Shown here one piece after another: positions 23,029-34,350 of a stretch of DNA of 37,110 nt (the first letter of the stretch is position 1; every line of letters begins with the position of its first letter). The DNA is from Albugo candida. Its lineage: Eukaryota. The notes under the pieces were generated by a model, which ran no database searches, was not told the origin of the DNA, and saw only the letters and a list, made by a program, of their open reading frames with translations. The stretch spans positions 186,001 to 223,110 of the forward strand of contig JBDOQK010000060.1 in NCBI GenBank assembly GCA_040437565.1. The letters run 5' to 3'. The translations under genes and the position numbers were made by a program.

Positions 23029-24250
23029 TCACAAGGTATAGCTGAACGGATTTGACGATACAGACGAAGGGAGGGGAAGAGCAGTAGTGCTTGCCATACC
23101 AATCAGAAGGACATAGAAACCAAAAAAAGCGACCAGCAGCAGTTCCTTACAAACTATTCCTATGGGGCATTTACTCAAAGAATTGGTCATTATCGATACG
23201 TCAGTGCGAATAATAAATTGAAACGAAAGCGTTGCCAAACACACAGGACATTTGATACATGGGCGGTATCAGCATACTTTCTCTCCTTGCATATCAATTC
23301 TGCTCAATGACATAATCAGTCCAGAATCGTATTTTAGAACTAAAAGTAGCTTCCATACAGTCAACGCGCAAGAAATGCATGTCTTATACAATTTATTATT
23401 TAACTTTTATAGAATCTGTCCCTATAACATCTGTAATAAAATGCTCACTGATCATTCACTCGGTGCTCCTATGAGATGAAAAGCATATCTTGTTCATAAT
23501 ACTCGGGTAACCATGACTGAAGTGTCCCGGCCATTGTTCCCCATTTTGGATAAAGGTCGATGGCTCGGCGATTAATATATTTCTCACATGATCTTTCCAA
23601 AGCGAGCATTCAGACCAACAAGTGTACCATTTTCCCACTGATAGTCGACTATCATCCGTCCATTCAGATGATCTTTTGGGCATTTTCCGTTTACGTACAT
23701 TTCTACCCTTTTTATCACTACGTTATTCCACGTATCGCAGGAACCTGGTCGCTTGGAAAACACTTTATTTTCATCAACCCAATCATCAAATTGAACTTCT
23801 TCACCATTTACCCAGGCATCAACTTTGTGCAAGAATGCAAAAGTAGGCATCCTGTCTTTATTGGACCTCATTCTGAGAAAGTTATTCTCCTGCCCTCCTC
23901 GATAGAATTCGTCGATCGCCATATCCACGTAAATGTTATCAAACATCGAAAATTCTTTTTCTATTAGCGAAGATTTTACCCAGAATTCAACGCTATCTTT
24001 GTTAGTGTGAAGAAGATACTCTTCACCGTCCATAATTCTGCTCATCGGCGCACTTTCAAGACTATCTAGCAGTTGACACAGGCCCTTTCGTCATCTCTTT
24101 CTCAATAACGGTATTGCAATAGCTTCACTTTTGTATTGCTAGCAAAATGAGGCTCTATTATGAATTTGAATCCTACAGTTATGTCAATCACCAACTAATA
24201 CCAATAATCCCATACTTGAGGATTACACCGAGAATCGCCACACTCTGAAG
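23029..24250 (-). pseudogene. Decayed CCG (CHxC-like) secreted effector gene
   Basis: Upstream of the 153-aa ORF (23584-24045) the minus strand reads TGT GTC AAC TGC TAG ATA GTC TTG AAA GT GCG CCG ATG AGC AGA ATT, i.e. CVNC*IVLK(G)APMSRI after a 1-nt repair. Further CxxC motifs occur downstream (YKTCISC 23379, YRPCIKC 23259). A hydrophobic remnant lies near 24190-24250. Several stops and frameshifts. Confidence 0.55.
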
Positions 24251-24567
24251 TGTGTTTTGCCCTCACTCAAAACGACACAAATTCTTAGAAATGAATTTCG
24301 TTTTTTTATCATAATGTAATGCATTTGACCTACGCTTAAGCACTTCATAGCACATTTTCTGTGTCGTAAGCAGCTTATCGGCAATGACTGCATAGCTCAT
24401 TAGTTGAAGCAACGACGTATCATGATACCGGTTACGTTCCAGTATACCGGTCTTCTCTTACATGTCGCATGGAATGTATTTCAGCAAATTGGACACGTTA
24501 AAATCCCAAGAAACTTCGCTCAGGCTGCTCACCAACGCAATCAAAGCAATTAAACACTTGCAGCAGT

Positions 24568-25592
24568 ATGGCGGAGTTCCAGACACGTCCGATACGTAAA
24601 TTCAAGATTGTTTTATTAGGGGAAGGTACACGCAGTAAAGCTTTTTTGCATGCGAGAAAATTAAGGCGAGTACGAACTCTGACAATTTATCATTTTTTGT
24701 TGCATTACTTGTCACAGGTCGGGTCGGGAAGACTTCGATTTTATTACGATACATCAAAGGCGAATACACGGACCAGCAGGTCTCAACGCTTCAAGCCAGT
24801 TATTTAGATAAGCGGCTGATGGTAGACAACACGCGCGTTCAGCTCTCGATTTGGGATACAGCCGGCCAAGAGCGCTTCCACGCGTTAGGACCAATTTACT
24901 ATCGAGACGCCGATGGAGCTGTTCTTGTGTATGACATAACAGACGAAGAATCGTTTCGTAAAGTTCGGACATGGGTGAAGGAGCTACGGAGAATTGTGGG
25001 CGATGAAATCGATATTCTGATTGCAGGAAATAAATCGGATTTACATCGGAATCGGAAAGTGAACGAAGAAGAAGCAAATAATTACGCGGCCTCAGTAGGT
25101 GCTACTCATTTCAGTACCTCTGCAAAGTTGAATCGTGGTTTGGAAGAAGTTTTTGTGGATTTGAGTCGACGAATGCTTCGACGAAAAAGCACTACTACCC
25201 GACGAGGAAAGACGAGTGCTTTGATTGCATCAGATGATGAAGCAGTACATTCTAGAATAGCAATGAGCGGTGGGGCGAAAATTGCTTCGAATACGACTCA
25301 GCGGCTTACACAGTCATTCACAAAGAGTGCAGCTCGATCTGTACCGATCTCGTGGCAAGAGAAATCTGCTTCAGATTCAAAGACAGAAAATGGTGCTCAT
25401 TCGAGAGACTTTCGGTCCAGTCGGGGTCCTCGTTCACAAGCACAAGTCACAGAACAACCGCAGACGCAATTTGTCGATGATGATGGATTATTAGATGATT
25501 ACAAGGAGAGACCGTCTGCGTCTGGAGGATTACGCGTACGAGGTGCATCGTCCAACACAGAACCCGGCAGAACCAAATCCAGCTGCTGTTAG
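24568..25592 (+). CDS. RAB21: Rab21 small GTPase (2 exons: 24568-24625, 24718-25592; 310 aa)
   Basis: A 92-bp GT-AG intron restores the P-loop LLGEGRVGKTS. Also STLQASY, WDTAGQERFHALGPIYYRD (Rab21 signature), GNKSD, TSAK and a C-terminal CC prenylation motif. Confidence 0.93.
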
Positions 25593-25641
25593 ATACATTC
25601 ATTATTTTGTCGCCTATTTCATTCTTATACGCTCTATTTCT

Positions 25642-27898
25642 TCACATCTGCACTGAGACTTGTTCGAATGCTACCTCAGACTCTTCACACTTGGATTCAG
25701 CGTCTTGGCTTTGTCGTTTGAAAAATGCTTTTGCGAGCTCCCGTTGTATCTCTTTGCCATCAAATATGCATTCCTCTCGAGTCGCCAAAGACAAGTGATC
25801 ATTGTGGATACATTGCTTTTGCTTCTCATTCTCGACTTCAATCTGATCCAAGTCTTTGATTCGTACGTCCTTGGAACTGAGAATGAGTCGGCTTGTGAGT
25901 ATATCCTACAGAAGCTCTTCGATTGATGTACACATTGTGCAGATGAAAGGTACAAAATACCTTTAATTCTTGGTGATATATTGATCGACTTGTGCTCTCT
26001 GCGGCGACGACTTGCTCTTCTTTGTATCGCTCTAGATCAAATGTATCGTGGCCTAGGCTTGTACCTTGAAACACCATTAAATAATGCTCGGCGTCTTCTG
26101 TCTTAAAGCTTCCACCATCATCCGTTTGTGTATTGTAATTGAGCTCTTTCGTCACATTGCTTACACCGCGCTCTTGAATGGATAGATTTGGCGTCATTTT
26201 GGGCTCATATTTGGTGGTAAATGCCTCGACCGCCAATTGCAATTCCGAGGCCACTTGACTCATTTGCTTCCCGAGGCGAACAAGCTCGAGATTCTTATCT
26301 CCCTGTTGACATGAAAGCACGCTTCTGCAGCTCCAAACGAGTGCATTCAATGTCTTTAGAGCCATTTGTACATCTTCCAATTCATTTGTTTTGGACGACA
26401 ACAACTCATATTGAAGGTGAAGTTTTTTTACATTTATATCTGAAGTGTTGGACGTTGTTCCTTGCACGAGCTTCAGAGACACGTCCAGACGCACGTACCA
26501 TTCTCTCATTTCTTGTGCCACAACTTCTAAACGACTTTGTAGAGCCTGTAGTTGATCGATCCAATTATCATCTTTTCTTTGTCCGGATAGAAGATTTCTG
26601 ATGCTATCAACAACAAATGTCACAAGACTACGATGAATACCGGCTTCCAAGAGCTGCGATCCGATACAAAAGCGTTTATCAAGAGCGGCGATAAGCAAAG
26701 ACGGATGTTCCATATCATCTTTTCTCCCTTCCATCGCGATCGTTTCCCGTCGCAAAGTCCGCTGATCCGCAAAACAGCGAATCCATCGTGCGATAGACTC
26801 ATTCAAATATCCAAGCTGACGACGCATAGACGCACAGCGAAATGTAAAGAACGAAGCCTTCATTGACAAAGTCGATTGTGCGTCATACTCTACTTGTTCC
26901 ATTCGGCCAATTGGTGGCAGAAGAGATCGTAAGCGATGCCCGCGACTGACAAGTTGAATTCCTTTGATCGTATTTAACGTCTCTGTGTATTTTTCCTGAA
27001 ATCAAATGACTGCTCTCAATCCATTCATTCCATCCGATTTAAAACGCACCTTTAGCGCCGAATACGATCGATGAAATGCTCTCAAACTTTGAAGAAATTG
27101 TCGCGAATTGTCTGAATATCGAAATTTCAGTGCCATATAAATCTATCCATTCAATGAGAGAATCAAAACTATGGAATGGAAGAGTGCATACAAAGAGTTC
27201 CAACCCCAATGCTTCCGAGCGCTATTGCGCTTAATGAAATCGCGAAAAATATGCTCCCGCAGCACAAGACAATAATACAACCAAGTGAGGTCATAGAAGC
27301 GACTTCTCTTTGTAATAGGCTTCTATGAGGTGTATCGCTTATAATGGAAGCGACTCGAGTCCACAAAAGCTGCTTATTATCTCTGGCCAGCATCATTTGT
27401 ATTGAGAGCGGTCTTTTCAGAGCTGTAGAAAGAGCGTTTAGGAATGGCGACGAGAGCTGATCCGTTTGCACAATAGCGAATTTGATGTCATCACTGTTCT
27501 ATGAATGTCATTTTGGGTGCTTAGACACAGAGAATTGGCTCGAGCTCACCGAAAAGATGAGCCGAACGTATTTGACTCATTATCAAGTTCGCTTATAATC
27601 GCTTCAGTAGCACTTAATATCAATAAAGCTTTCGTATTCTGCCAGCAATTAAGAAAACAAGTCGCAAGAAGGGGTATTTGACAGAGTCCTATTCGATTGG
27701 CATGTGGAGCGGCTTTGTCGGGCGCGTGACGCAGAGCTTCTGTTTCACGCTTCTGCGGCTCTATTCCTGACTCTTTTTACGAGATGTATAGATCGAATTC
27801 AGTATTCTTCACAGGTGATAGACATTTTAAAGCATGGATCGGTACGTACCCGCCAAATAGCGATGCAATTGAGATTCTCGCGATACGATGACGCGCAT
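25642..27898 (-). CDS. Vezatin-family membrane protein (6 exons, about 650 aa)
   Basis: Reconstructed exons 27898-27850, 27772-27550, 27493-27205, 27142-27050, 26995-25961, 25905-25642, with GT-AG introns of 54-77 bp; the exon-3 donor and exon-2 acceptor are uncertain. Vezatin-like motifs: IVSRESQLHRYL, FRDDIKFAIVQTDQL, a hydrophobic TM segment, IKGIQLVSRGHRLRSLLPPIGRME and RCASMRRQL. Confidence 0.8.
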
Positions 27899-28063
27899 GC
27901 CATTCAATGACGTGGTACACACTATTGTTATTGAGATTAGTATAAGGTCGAATGCGAGTGTAATTAGGATACCACCAGTCATATATAGTGTGAACCACAT
28001 ACCTTTTTCAGTTGCGAAATTCTGCCACGTAATCGTCTTTGGCCATTGAATCCCACGACACAA

Positions 28064-29311
28064 ATGCATTCAATTCGAGCGCGTATCCCTTTGCTTCTCG
28101 CGATAGCACTATCTATTCCTTCCGCGAGTACTTCTCGTATCGATGATTTATCGTTCAATCCTCCATTCACCATGATTGATTATTACGGCGACCTTGAACT
28201 CAATGACACCTGGCGGTCTGGAGGCAGTTCTGTTGTCAAAAAAAATTTCGTTAGACTTCAACCGGCTTCAGCTACATATCGAGGCTGGATATGGTCTGAA
28301 GATAAAATTAAGCGAAATACCCTTTCTATGGTGGCAACAGTTCGTCTTTCTGGCAACGGCGATGGGAAACAAAATGAAGGAGTTGGTTTTTGGTTCACAG
28401 AGAAAACCTCTAGTCCCTATTCAAACTTGAAAAATTTTGGGTTTTCGGAAACTTATCAAGGATTTGGAGTGATCATCCGTCAAGTAACAACACAGTCTAC
28501 GCAAGAAAAAATGATCAGCATACAGCATAATGATGGAAGTCGCCAACTCTCCGATCTTGATATACAAAGACTTCATGGATGTGATGCTGTGGTATGGCAT
28601 GATGAAAAATCGGCAGATTTCAACCCCGCTTTCAGTCAGAGTCGGCTCAAGATTCTCATTGACGGGTTGCACGTTTCTGTTCACATTGACGCTACAAGTG
28701 AAGGTCGTTGGACATCTTGTCAGGAATTTGACTTACCTACTGCATCCGATTGGCTTGCTACCAGTACATTCGGTATCACGAGTGGTGTGGGACCTTCCAA
28801 TTACACGAGTGATATCATTTCTCTGAATATGTATACAGATGTCAATGATGATGAAATTCAATCAGCAGACACTCAAGCTATCGTACATAGTATGTCAAAA
28901 AGTTATGACGGATGGTTGGACTCTCCGAGCTGTGGTGTCGATTGTATGGTCGCCGTGCTCCGTAAAAGCGTTGCAAATCTTCATGTGGACGTCGAGCATC
29001 GTTTGATGGATCTGAAGGAAGGCACCACTCATCTGGTTGACGAACTCAGAGCCCAAGAACGGGAAAACGAATACAGAGTCTCAAAATTGGAACGGGAGCT
29101 CAAAAACTTGATCAGCACAAAACTCGAGCAATCACATGGTGATATCAAGAGTCAAATCACCGCTAAAATCGATGAAGAATGGAAGAATAATTCAGCATTG
29201 GGCGACCATGGATGGAAAGGAGCCTTTATGATCGCAATTGTGGCTATTGGGGTATTTGGCTTTCTTTTGTATCGAAAGTATCGCGCGCTAATGAAATCGC
29301 ATCTGCTGTAA
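28064..29311 (+). CDS. L-type lectin cargo receptor (VIP36/ERGIC-53-like), type I membrane protein, 415 aa
   Basis: Signal peptide MHSIRARIPLLLAIALSIPSAST; lectin motifs LSFNPPF, WRSGGSSVVKKNFVRL, EGVGFWFT and YQGFGVII; coiled-coil stalk; TM segment AFMIAIVAIGVFGFLLY; cytosolic tail ending KSHLL. Confidence 0.88.
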   Translation: MHSIRARIPLLLAIALSIPSASTSRIDDLSFNPPFTMIDYYGDLELNDTWRSGGSSVVKKNFVRLQPASATYRGWIWSEDKIKRNTLSMVATVRLSGNGDGKQNEGVGFWFTEKTSSPYSNLKNFGFSETYQGFGVIIRQVTTQSTQEKMISIQHNDGSRQLSDLDIQRLHGCDAVVWHDEKSADFNPAFSQSRLKILIDGLHVSVHIDATSEGRWTSCQEFDLPTASDWLATSTFGITSGVGPSNYTSDIISLNMYTDVNDDEIQSADTQAIVHSMSKSYDGWLDSPSCGVDCMVAVLRKSVANLHVDVEHRLMDLKEGTTHLVDELRAQERENEYRVSKLERELKNLISTKLEQSHGDIKSQITAKIDEEWKNNSALGDHGWKGAFMIAIVAIGVFGFLLYRKYRALMKSHLL

Positions 29312-29434
29312 GCCATTTTTGTTTGCTTTCTATTGGTCTCGTAGGTGCCATCTAAAAAGAAGAAATCAAACGTTTACGCTTAAATGCCATTCTGCTTCAG
29401 TAACAATAAGGAATGTATATGTATTAGCTTTGAC

Positions 29435-29560
29435 AGTTTATACAAAANNNNNNNNNNNNNNNNNNNNNNNNNNNNNNNNNNNNNNNNNNNNNNNNNNNNN
29501 NNNNNNNNNNNNNNNNNNNNNNNNNNNNNNNNNNNNNNNNNNNNNNNAGTTTATACAAAA
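29435..29560. other. 100-N gap (29448-29547) with a 13-bp overlap AGTTTATACAAAA on both sides
   Basis: 29435-29447 is identical to 29548-29560; the gap is probably closable. Confidence 0.75.
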
Positions 29561-29828
29561 TAACAATGCAAATTGATAACTGATTGTATACTGCGACTTC
29601 TAAACTTCGATTTCCAGAGATTTTCTCTCCTTGCACGTAGACGCGCAAGAGAAGAGAGATTTTGGAATTATGCTTTGTCTGGAAGGCATGAGTCCTTCCT
29701 GATATGCAAGAGTTCATAGCAGAGCCCGCTTATGCGAATAAGGTTTCTTTTCTTCGTATCCACTCGCTATCGCATCACTATCATAATACATATCTCACTC
29801 TATAACTTAATACTTGGCGCTAAAATGG

Positions 29829-30525
29829 CTATTTGCGTTCATCGGCCGGAAGGTTTTGTCGGAAGAAACGTTCGACAGTTCGATCCTCTTTTCCTTTTTG
29901 AGCAACTTTGCGGTTTTTAATCTTTTCAATTGCTTTGGATCGGTCCAATCGCTCCAAAAAGTTTGTATTTTCTTTCTTTGCTTGCGCGATTTCCATGCGA
30001 AGCTTTTGTTCTCGAATTCGATTTTCATACGCTGAGTACATGACGCATACATTGAGAAAACGAGCAGATAGATGTCTGAAGGTCACATACCTATTTTCTC
30101 TGTGAGAAACTCCCATTTAAAGCCTTTCAAATACTTGAGATTCCAAATGTCATCGTGATAAAAGCTTCGTTTCTTGCCACCAATTTGCTTGGCATTCAGC
30201 GCTTCAGTGATACGTTTTGCCACTTTGCGATCGCTAAATTCTATCCATCCTTCACTATAGCTTTTCTTTTTATTTCCGCCTTGCGAAACGCGTCTTTTAC
30301 GCTGCATATTGTCTTCTGGAACCAGATAAATTCGAGTCACTTCACCATACTGGCTGAGCAAATGCCGCGCTTTTTCTGGCTTCATGTAAGGGGGAACACG
30401 ACTCAAGTACACCTAACGTACGAATGATTCAGCATCACACATAGTTAGGTGTCAATATGTTAACGTACGACGCCACGCTTTTGGTTGAGTGCATTTGCTT
30501 TGGAAGCTTTCGATTGAATGGCCAT
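29829..30525 (-). CDS. ESF2: Pre-rRNA processing protein ESF2 / ABT1 (3 exons: 30525-30469, 30412-30091, 30031-29829; 193 aa)
   Basis: [69 protein letters not shown] and LRMEIAQAKKEN. GT-AG introns of 56 and 59 bp keep the frame. Confidence 0.93.
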
Positions 30526-30607
30526 CTCCGAGGCCACGCAATGTATTTAGAGTGGTCAAAAATAGAGATTTATCGCGTTCTGATTCGTTATATTGTCTAT
30601 ATAAGTC

Positions 30608-31964
30608 ATGAGCACCGGACGAAATGTGCTCAACATTGGAATGTTTGGTTGTGGAACTGTCGGTGGAGGTGTCTTTGATATATTGCATAATCCTAAAAAG
30701 ATTCAATTCTTCGAATCAATTGGCGTGAAGGCCTTTGTTTCAAGGATTTGTGTACGAAATGCGGATAAAGAACGAAATCTCAAACATTTCGCACCGCTTA
30801 GCACCAAAATCACGACAAATCACAACGATATTCTCGAAGATCCCTCAATTAATTGTGTAATTGAGCTTATGGGAGGAATAACTGATGCCAAGGACGTTGT
30901 ATTCCGTGCAATTGAATGCGACAAGCACGTAATCACAGCCAACAAAGCTCTTGTGGCCAATTTTATGCCAGAGATTCTTCAACTTTTGAACGATCATCCG
31001 CGTGTTCGTTTCGGATATGAGGCTTCGGTCTGTGGCGGCATTCCAATTATTCACACTCTACAGACCGCATACGATGGTGATAACATCACAGAAATTGCCG
31101 GTATTATGAATGGAACGACCAATTACATGTTGTCCAAGGTAGGTCAAGTCCGCCTATGTGAAGTAATCTGATGTGTAATTTGTACAGATGGCACGTGAAG
31201 GCGTCGCGTACGACGCGGTATTGAAAGAAGCACAGGAGCTCGGGTTCGCAGAGGCAAATCCCAGCGCTGATGTCGATGGATTTGATGTTCAGTCAAAGAT
31301 AGCGATCCTCGCCAAGCTCGGATTTGGAGGTGTTGTCTCACCTTCTGCCATTCCAACCGTTGGCATCTCTCGCATTGAAAGCGTTGATTTCGAATATGCA
31401 AAAATGATGAACAGCACAATCAAGCTTCTTGGTGTCGCAAAACGCCTCAAGAGTGACGAAACCAGCACAAAAGTCTCAGTCTTTGTATCGCCTGTGATCG
31501 TATCCAACGATAATGTCATTGCAAGTATCAACGGCGCTACCAACATTGTCAACATTCAATCAGATAATCTCAACACAAGCGCGTATGTCGGCGACGGTGC
31601 TGGGCGATTTCCTACTGCAAACTCGGTGCTTAACGACATTATTCAGCTTGCTCGTGGGGAAATGTCTTCGGCTCCGTTCAAAGTAACTCAAGCGATTGAA
31701 ACTGTAAACAATTACGCGGCGCACTTTTACGTGAGAATCAGAATCACCGATAAACTGGGCGTTGTCAAAGCTATCGGAAGTCTCGCGGAAGCGTCCAGCG
31801 TTTCCATATACTCCATCTTGCAGGCTCCTATCGTGGACCGCGCAAACGTCACGTTTGTGGTCACGACAGATGAGGCACATTTGTCACAGGTACAGCAGAT
31901 GTGCCAAAAAATTGGCCAGTTGCCATTCGTGAAGGAAAAACCATTGTTTTTCCCTATTCTTTAA
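30608..31964 (+). CDS. hom: Homoserine dehydrogenase with C-terminal ACT domain (2 exons: 30608-31138, 31188-31964; 435 aa)
   Basis: Rossmann motif IGMFGCGTVGGGV, HVITANKAL, YEASVCGGIPII, GIMNGTTNYML, AQELGFAEANPSADVDGFD and GAGRFPTANSV. ACT-like tail FYVRIRITDKLGVVKAIGSLAEASSVSI. One 49-bp GT-AG intron. Confidence 0.95.
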
Positions 31965-33230
31965 ATGTGAATAATTTGTTTTCTTCTAAAGATGTAATCC
32001 ATCCCACCCTTCCATTCGTTTAAAATGATGCGTTTCTACGTGGAATGCATGGTAAGAGGGACGTGTGCAATAGAGATGTGGCGAGAAACCAGACTTGTTG
32101 GATGATGACGCATATGGTGGAAAGTTCATTGTATTTTGTAAAGAGAAAAAGAATGCGTAAATGGTGACATTTTTTTAGGCCAGGTTCCATTCAGGGAAAA
32201 GGTGGACACTGTAGGTAGACTTTATTTCTTATTACGTTGTTTTGATTACTCTATACACAAAAGTAGCATGTGATGGATCTAGACGGTACTTTAGTGGCCT
32301 ACGTGTACGGTATGACAAATCTTTTATCTGCGTTCCCGACCTAGCTCCTACTTTCTAGCTGACTTGCATAAAGTACGAGATTCCGTTCGATAAATCATAA
32401 GTGATGGTAAAAGTTGCGTTTTTGGTATAAGTACAACGACAGGAATTACACACGGGGAGACAGTTGGCAGTGCTGGCACGTTCGCAAGATTGAGACAATT
32501 GCGTTTGGGAAGCAACCATTACCGACGTGGGAACAGCCGTTACCCTCTGGAAAGCATCGCAGCCGAACATTCCTTTTCCAGCCGTTTCTCTCCAACATTA
32601 TTTAATTTTTGACTGTAACGTCTGAGCCAACCCTCACGGAATATCTGTGCTCCTTCGTTTCATTCTATGGACTACTGTACAGAAGCAGTTTTCCCTTCGA
32701 ATAACAAAACGTGGGTATAAATGTGCCATCCCACTTTGTAGAATACAATAACGGAATGGGTTCATGCGTGTCTCTCTCCTCTACCGTTACTTTATGGAAC
32801 AAAACAGCAGGTGTTGACTCGTAGCATTCTGGGCGCAGAGAGAGACGCACATACCCCACGTCACCATCATCTAGACAAAATATTCTCTTTCTCTTTTCTA
32901 GTTGCTACTATCTTTTTGTACCCTGTCGCGGTTGTTTCTAGAACCAATCCCAAAATATGTCATTTATCAATTCGCTTTGAGCCCGCAACCAACAAATCAG
33001 AAAGCATTCTTATCAGTAACACACCACACACAAACAATATGATGATGACTATCTCATCACACATACTGCCGTCTATCTTATCAACACGACCATCCTCCCA
33101 TTCACCCTCGCAAATCTCCAATGCGCACAANNNNNNNNNNNNNNNNNNNNNNNNNNNNNNNNNNNNNNNNNNNNNNNNNNNNNNNNNNNNNNNNNNNNNN
33201 NNNNNNNNNNNNNNNNNNNNNNNNNNNNNN

Positions 33231-34050
33231 AATCGAGGCAACGCGATTGAAGCACAAGAAAAGTTTCAGAAGATTTCGGAAGCCTATGACGTTCTTATTG
33301 ATCCACAAAGACGTGCCACTTTCGACCAATTCGGATATGAAGGCCTCAAGAATGGAGTACCCGATGATAATGGCAATATGACGAACGGATACGCTTTTAG
33401 TGGAAAAGACTCGGAACAGATCTTTCATAAGTTTTTTGTACTTCAGATCTCTTTTACCATGTTGGATTTAACGAGACGTTACCATTTGCCAGTGGAATTG
33501 AAAAAAATGGAGCTGAACAAGCTAAACCTATCGAACACGACTTGCAATGTACACTGGAAGAGATTTGCTATGGTGACGTAAAAGAGTACCAATCCAACGC
33601 AAGAGACTTCTTGATGACGAATTTGTCGATGAAAGCAAGACTTTTGAGATCAAATCAAACCCGTCTGGAAAGAGGAACGAAGATCACATTCGAGGGTGAA
33701 GGAAATGAGTTTCGACAGCATGAATCTGGATATGTAGTCCTTCGTATTGCAGAAGCAAAGCATGATTTATTTTCTCGTGATGGCGCTAACCTCGTTTTCA
33801 CCACTAAGATCAAGCTTGTGGAACCATTGGGTGATCATTGCGTCTATGTGCCCCATCGATGGTCAATAGCTGGTAATTAGTTGCAATGAAGTGATTCATC
33901 CTTCTTTGGAAGAAACTGTAATAGGTGAAGGAATACCCATCTCAAACTCAACAGGAACACGCGGAGATTTGATTCTGAAATTTGACATCATTTTCCCAGA
34001 GCATTTAACCAAACTGCAGAAGCAGTCGCTGGCGAAAATTCTTGCGTATA
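33231..34050 (+). CDS. Class II DnaJ/Hsp40, DNAJB13 (radial spoke RSP16)-like; 5' end lost in a gap, several apparent frameshifts
   Basis: J-domain end [12 protein letters not shown]...[14 protein letters not shown], then [44 protein letters not shown] and [13 protein letters not shown]. Frame changes near 33438, 33582, 33653, 33670 and 33855, mostly at homopolymer runs. Confidence 0.75.
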
Positions 34051-34223
34051 ATTGTGCAAACTTTCTCCCGAGCACAGATGTGTGCATACTTGAAGATCTT
34101 ATGGATACATATTTGAGTCATTTCCATAGACGAAGTGGGTTTATAATTCAAGAAAGAAGGATTGCAAGCATAATACGAATGTACCATCGATGTATAGTGG
34201 GTAGATATTCCAAGGTTAGACTA

Positions 34224-34350
34224 GGGTATTGATGTCCCGACATCTTTTTTTTAATTACAATTTTCTTTTTTTAAATTACATTATGCCTACCTAGATTATT
34301 ACTCCCACAACTTTTTTGTAAAATAAATAAGTTTACCTTTGTAACTAATA
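34224..34350 (+). repeat. Left TIR of the MULE element
   Basis: Exact 22-bp core ATTATTACTCCCACAACTTTTT at 34295-34316 is the reverse complement of 36861-36882, with imperfect matches on both sides. Confidence 0.85.

Noticed and set aside
495-29311. Functional cluster of trafficking genes (NBAS, Rab21, vezatin, L-type lectin)
   Set aside because: They act in different compartments, have mixed orientation and are split by a 15-kb island; chance adjacency is sufficient.
32340-32860. Short ORFs on both strands between homoserine dehydrogenase and the DnaJ gene
   Set aside because: I could not build a consistent splice model or recognise a motif, and the region adjoins low-quality sequence.
32811-33581. 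256-aa ORF spanning the gap
   Set aside because: A chimeric frame across an arbitrary 100-N gap; only the part after 33231 is clearly DnaJ-like.
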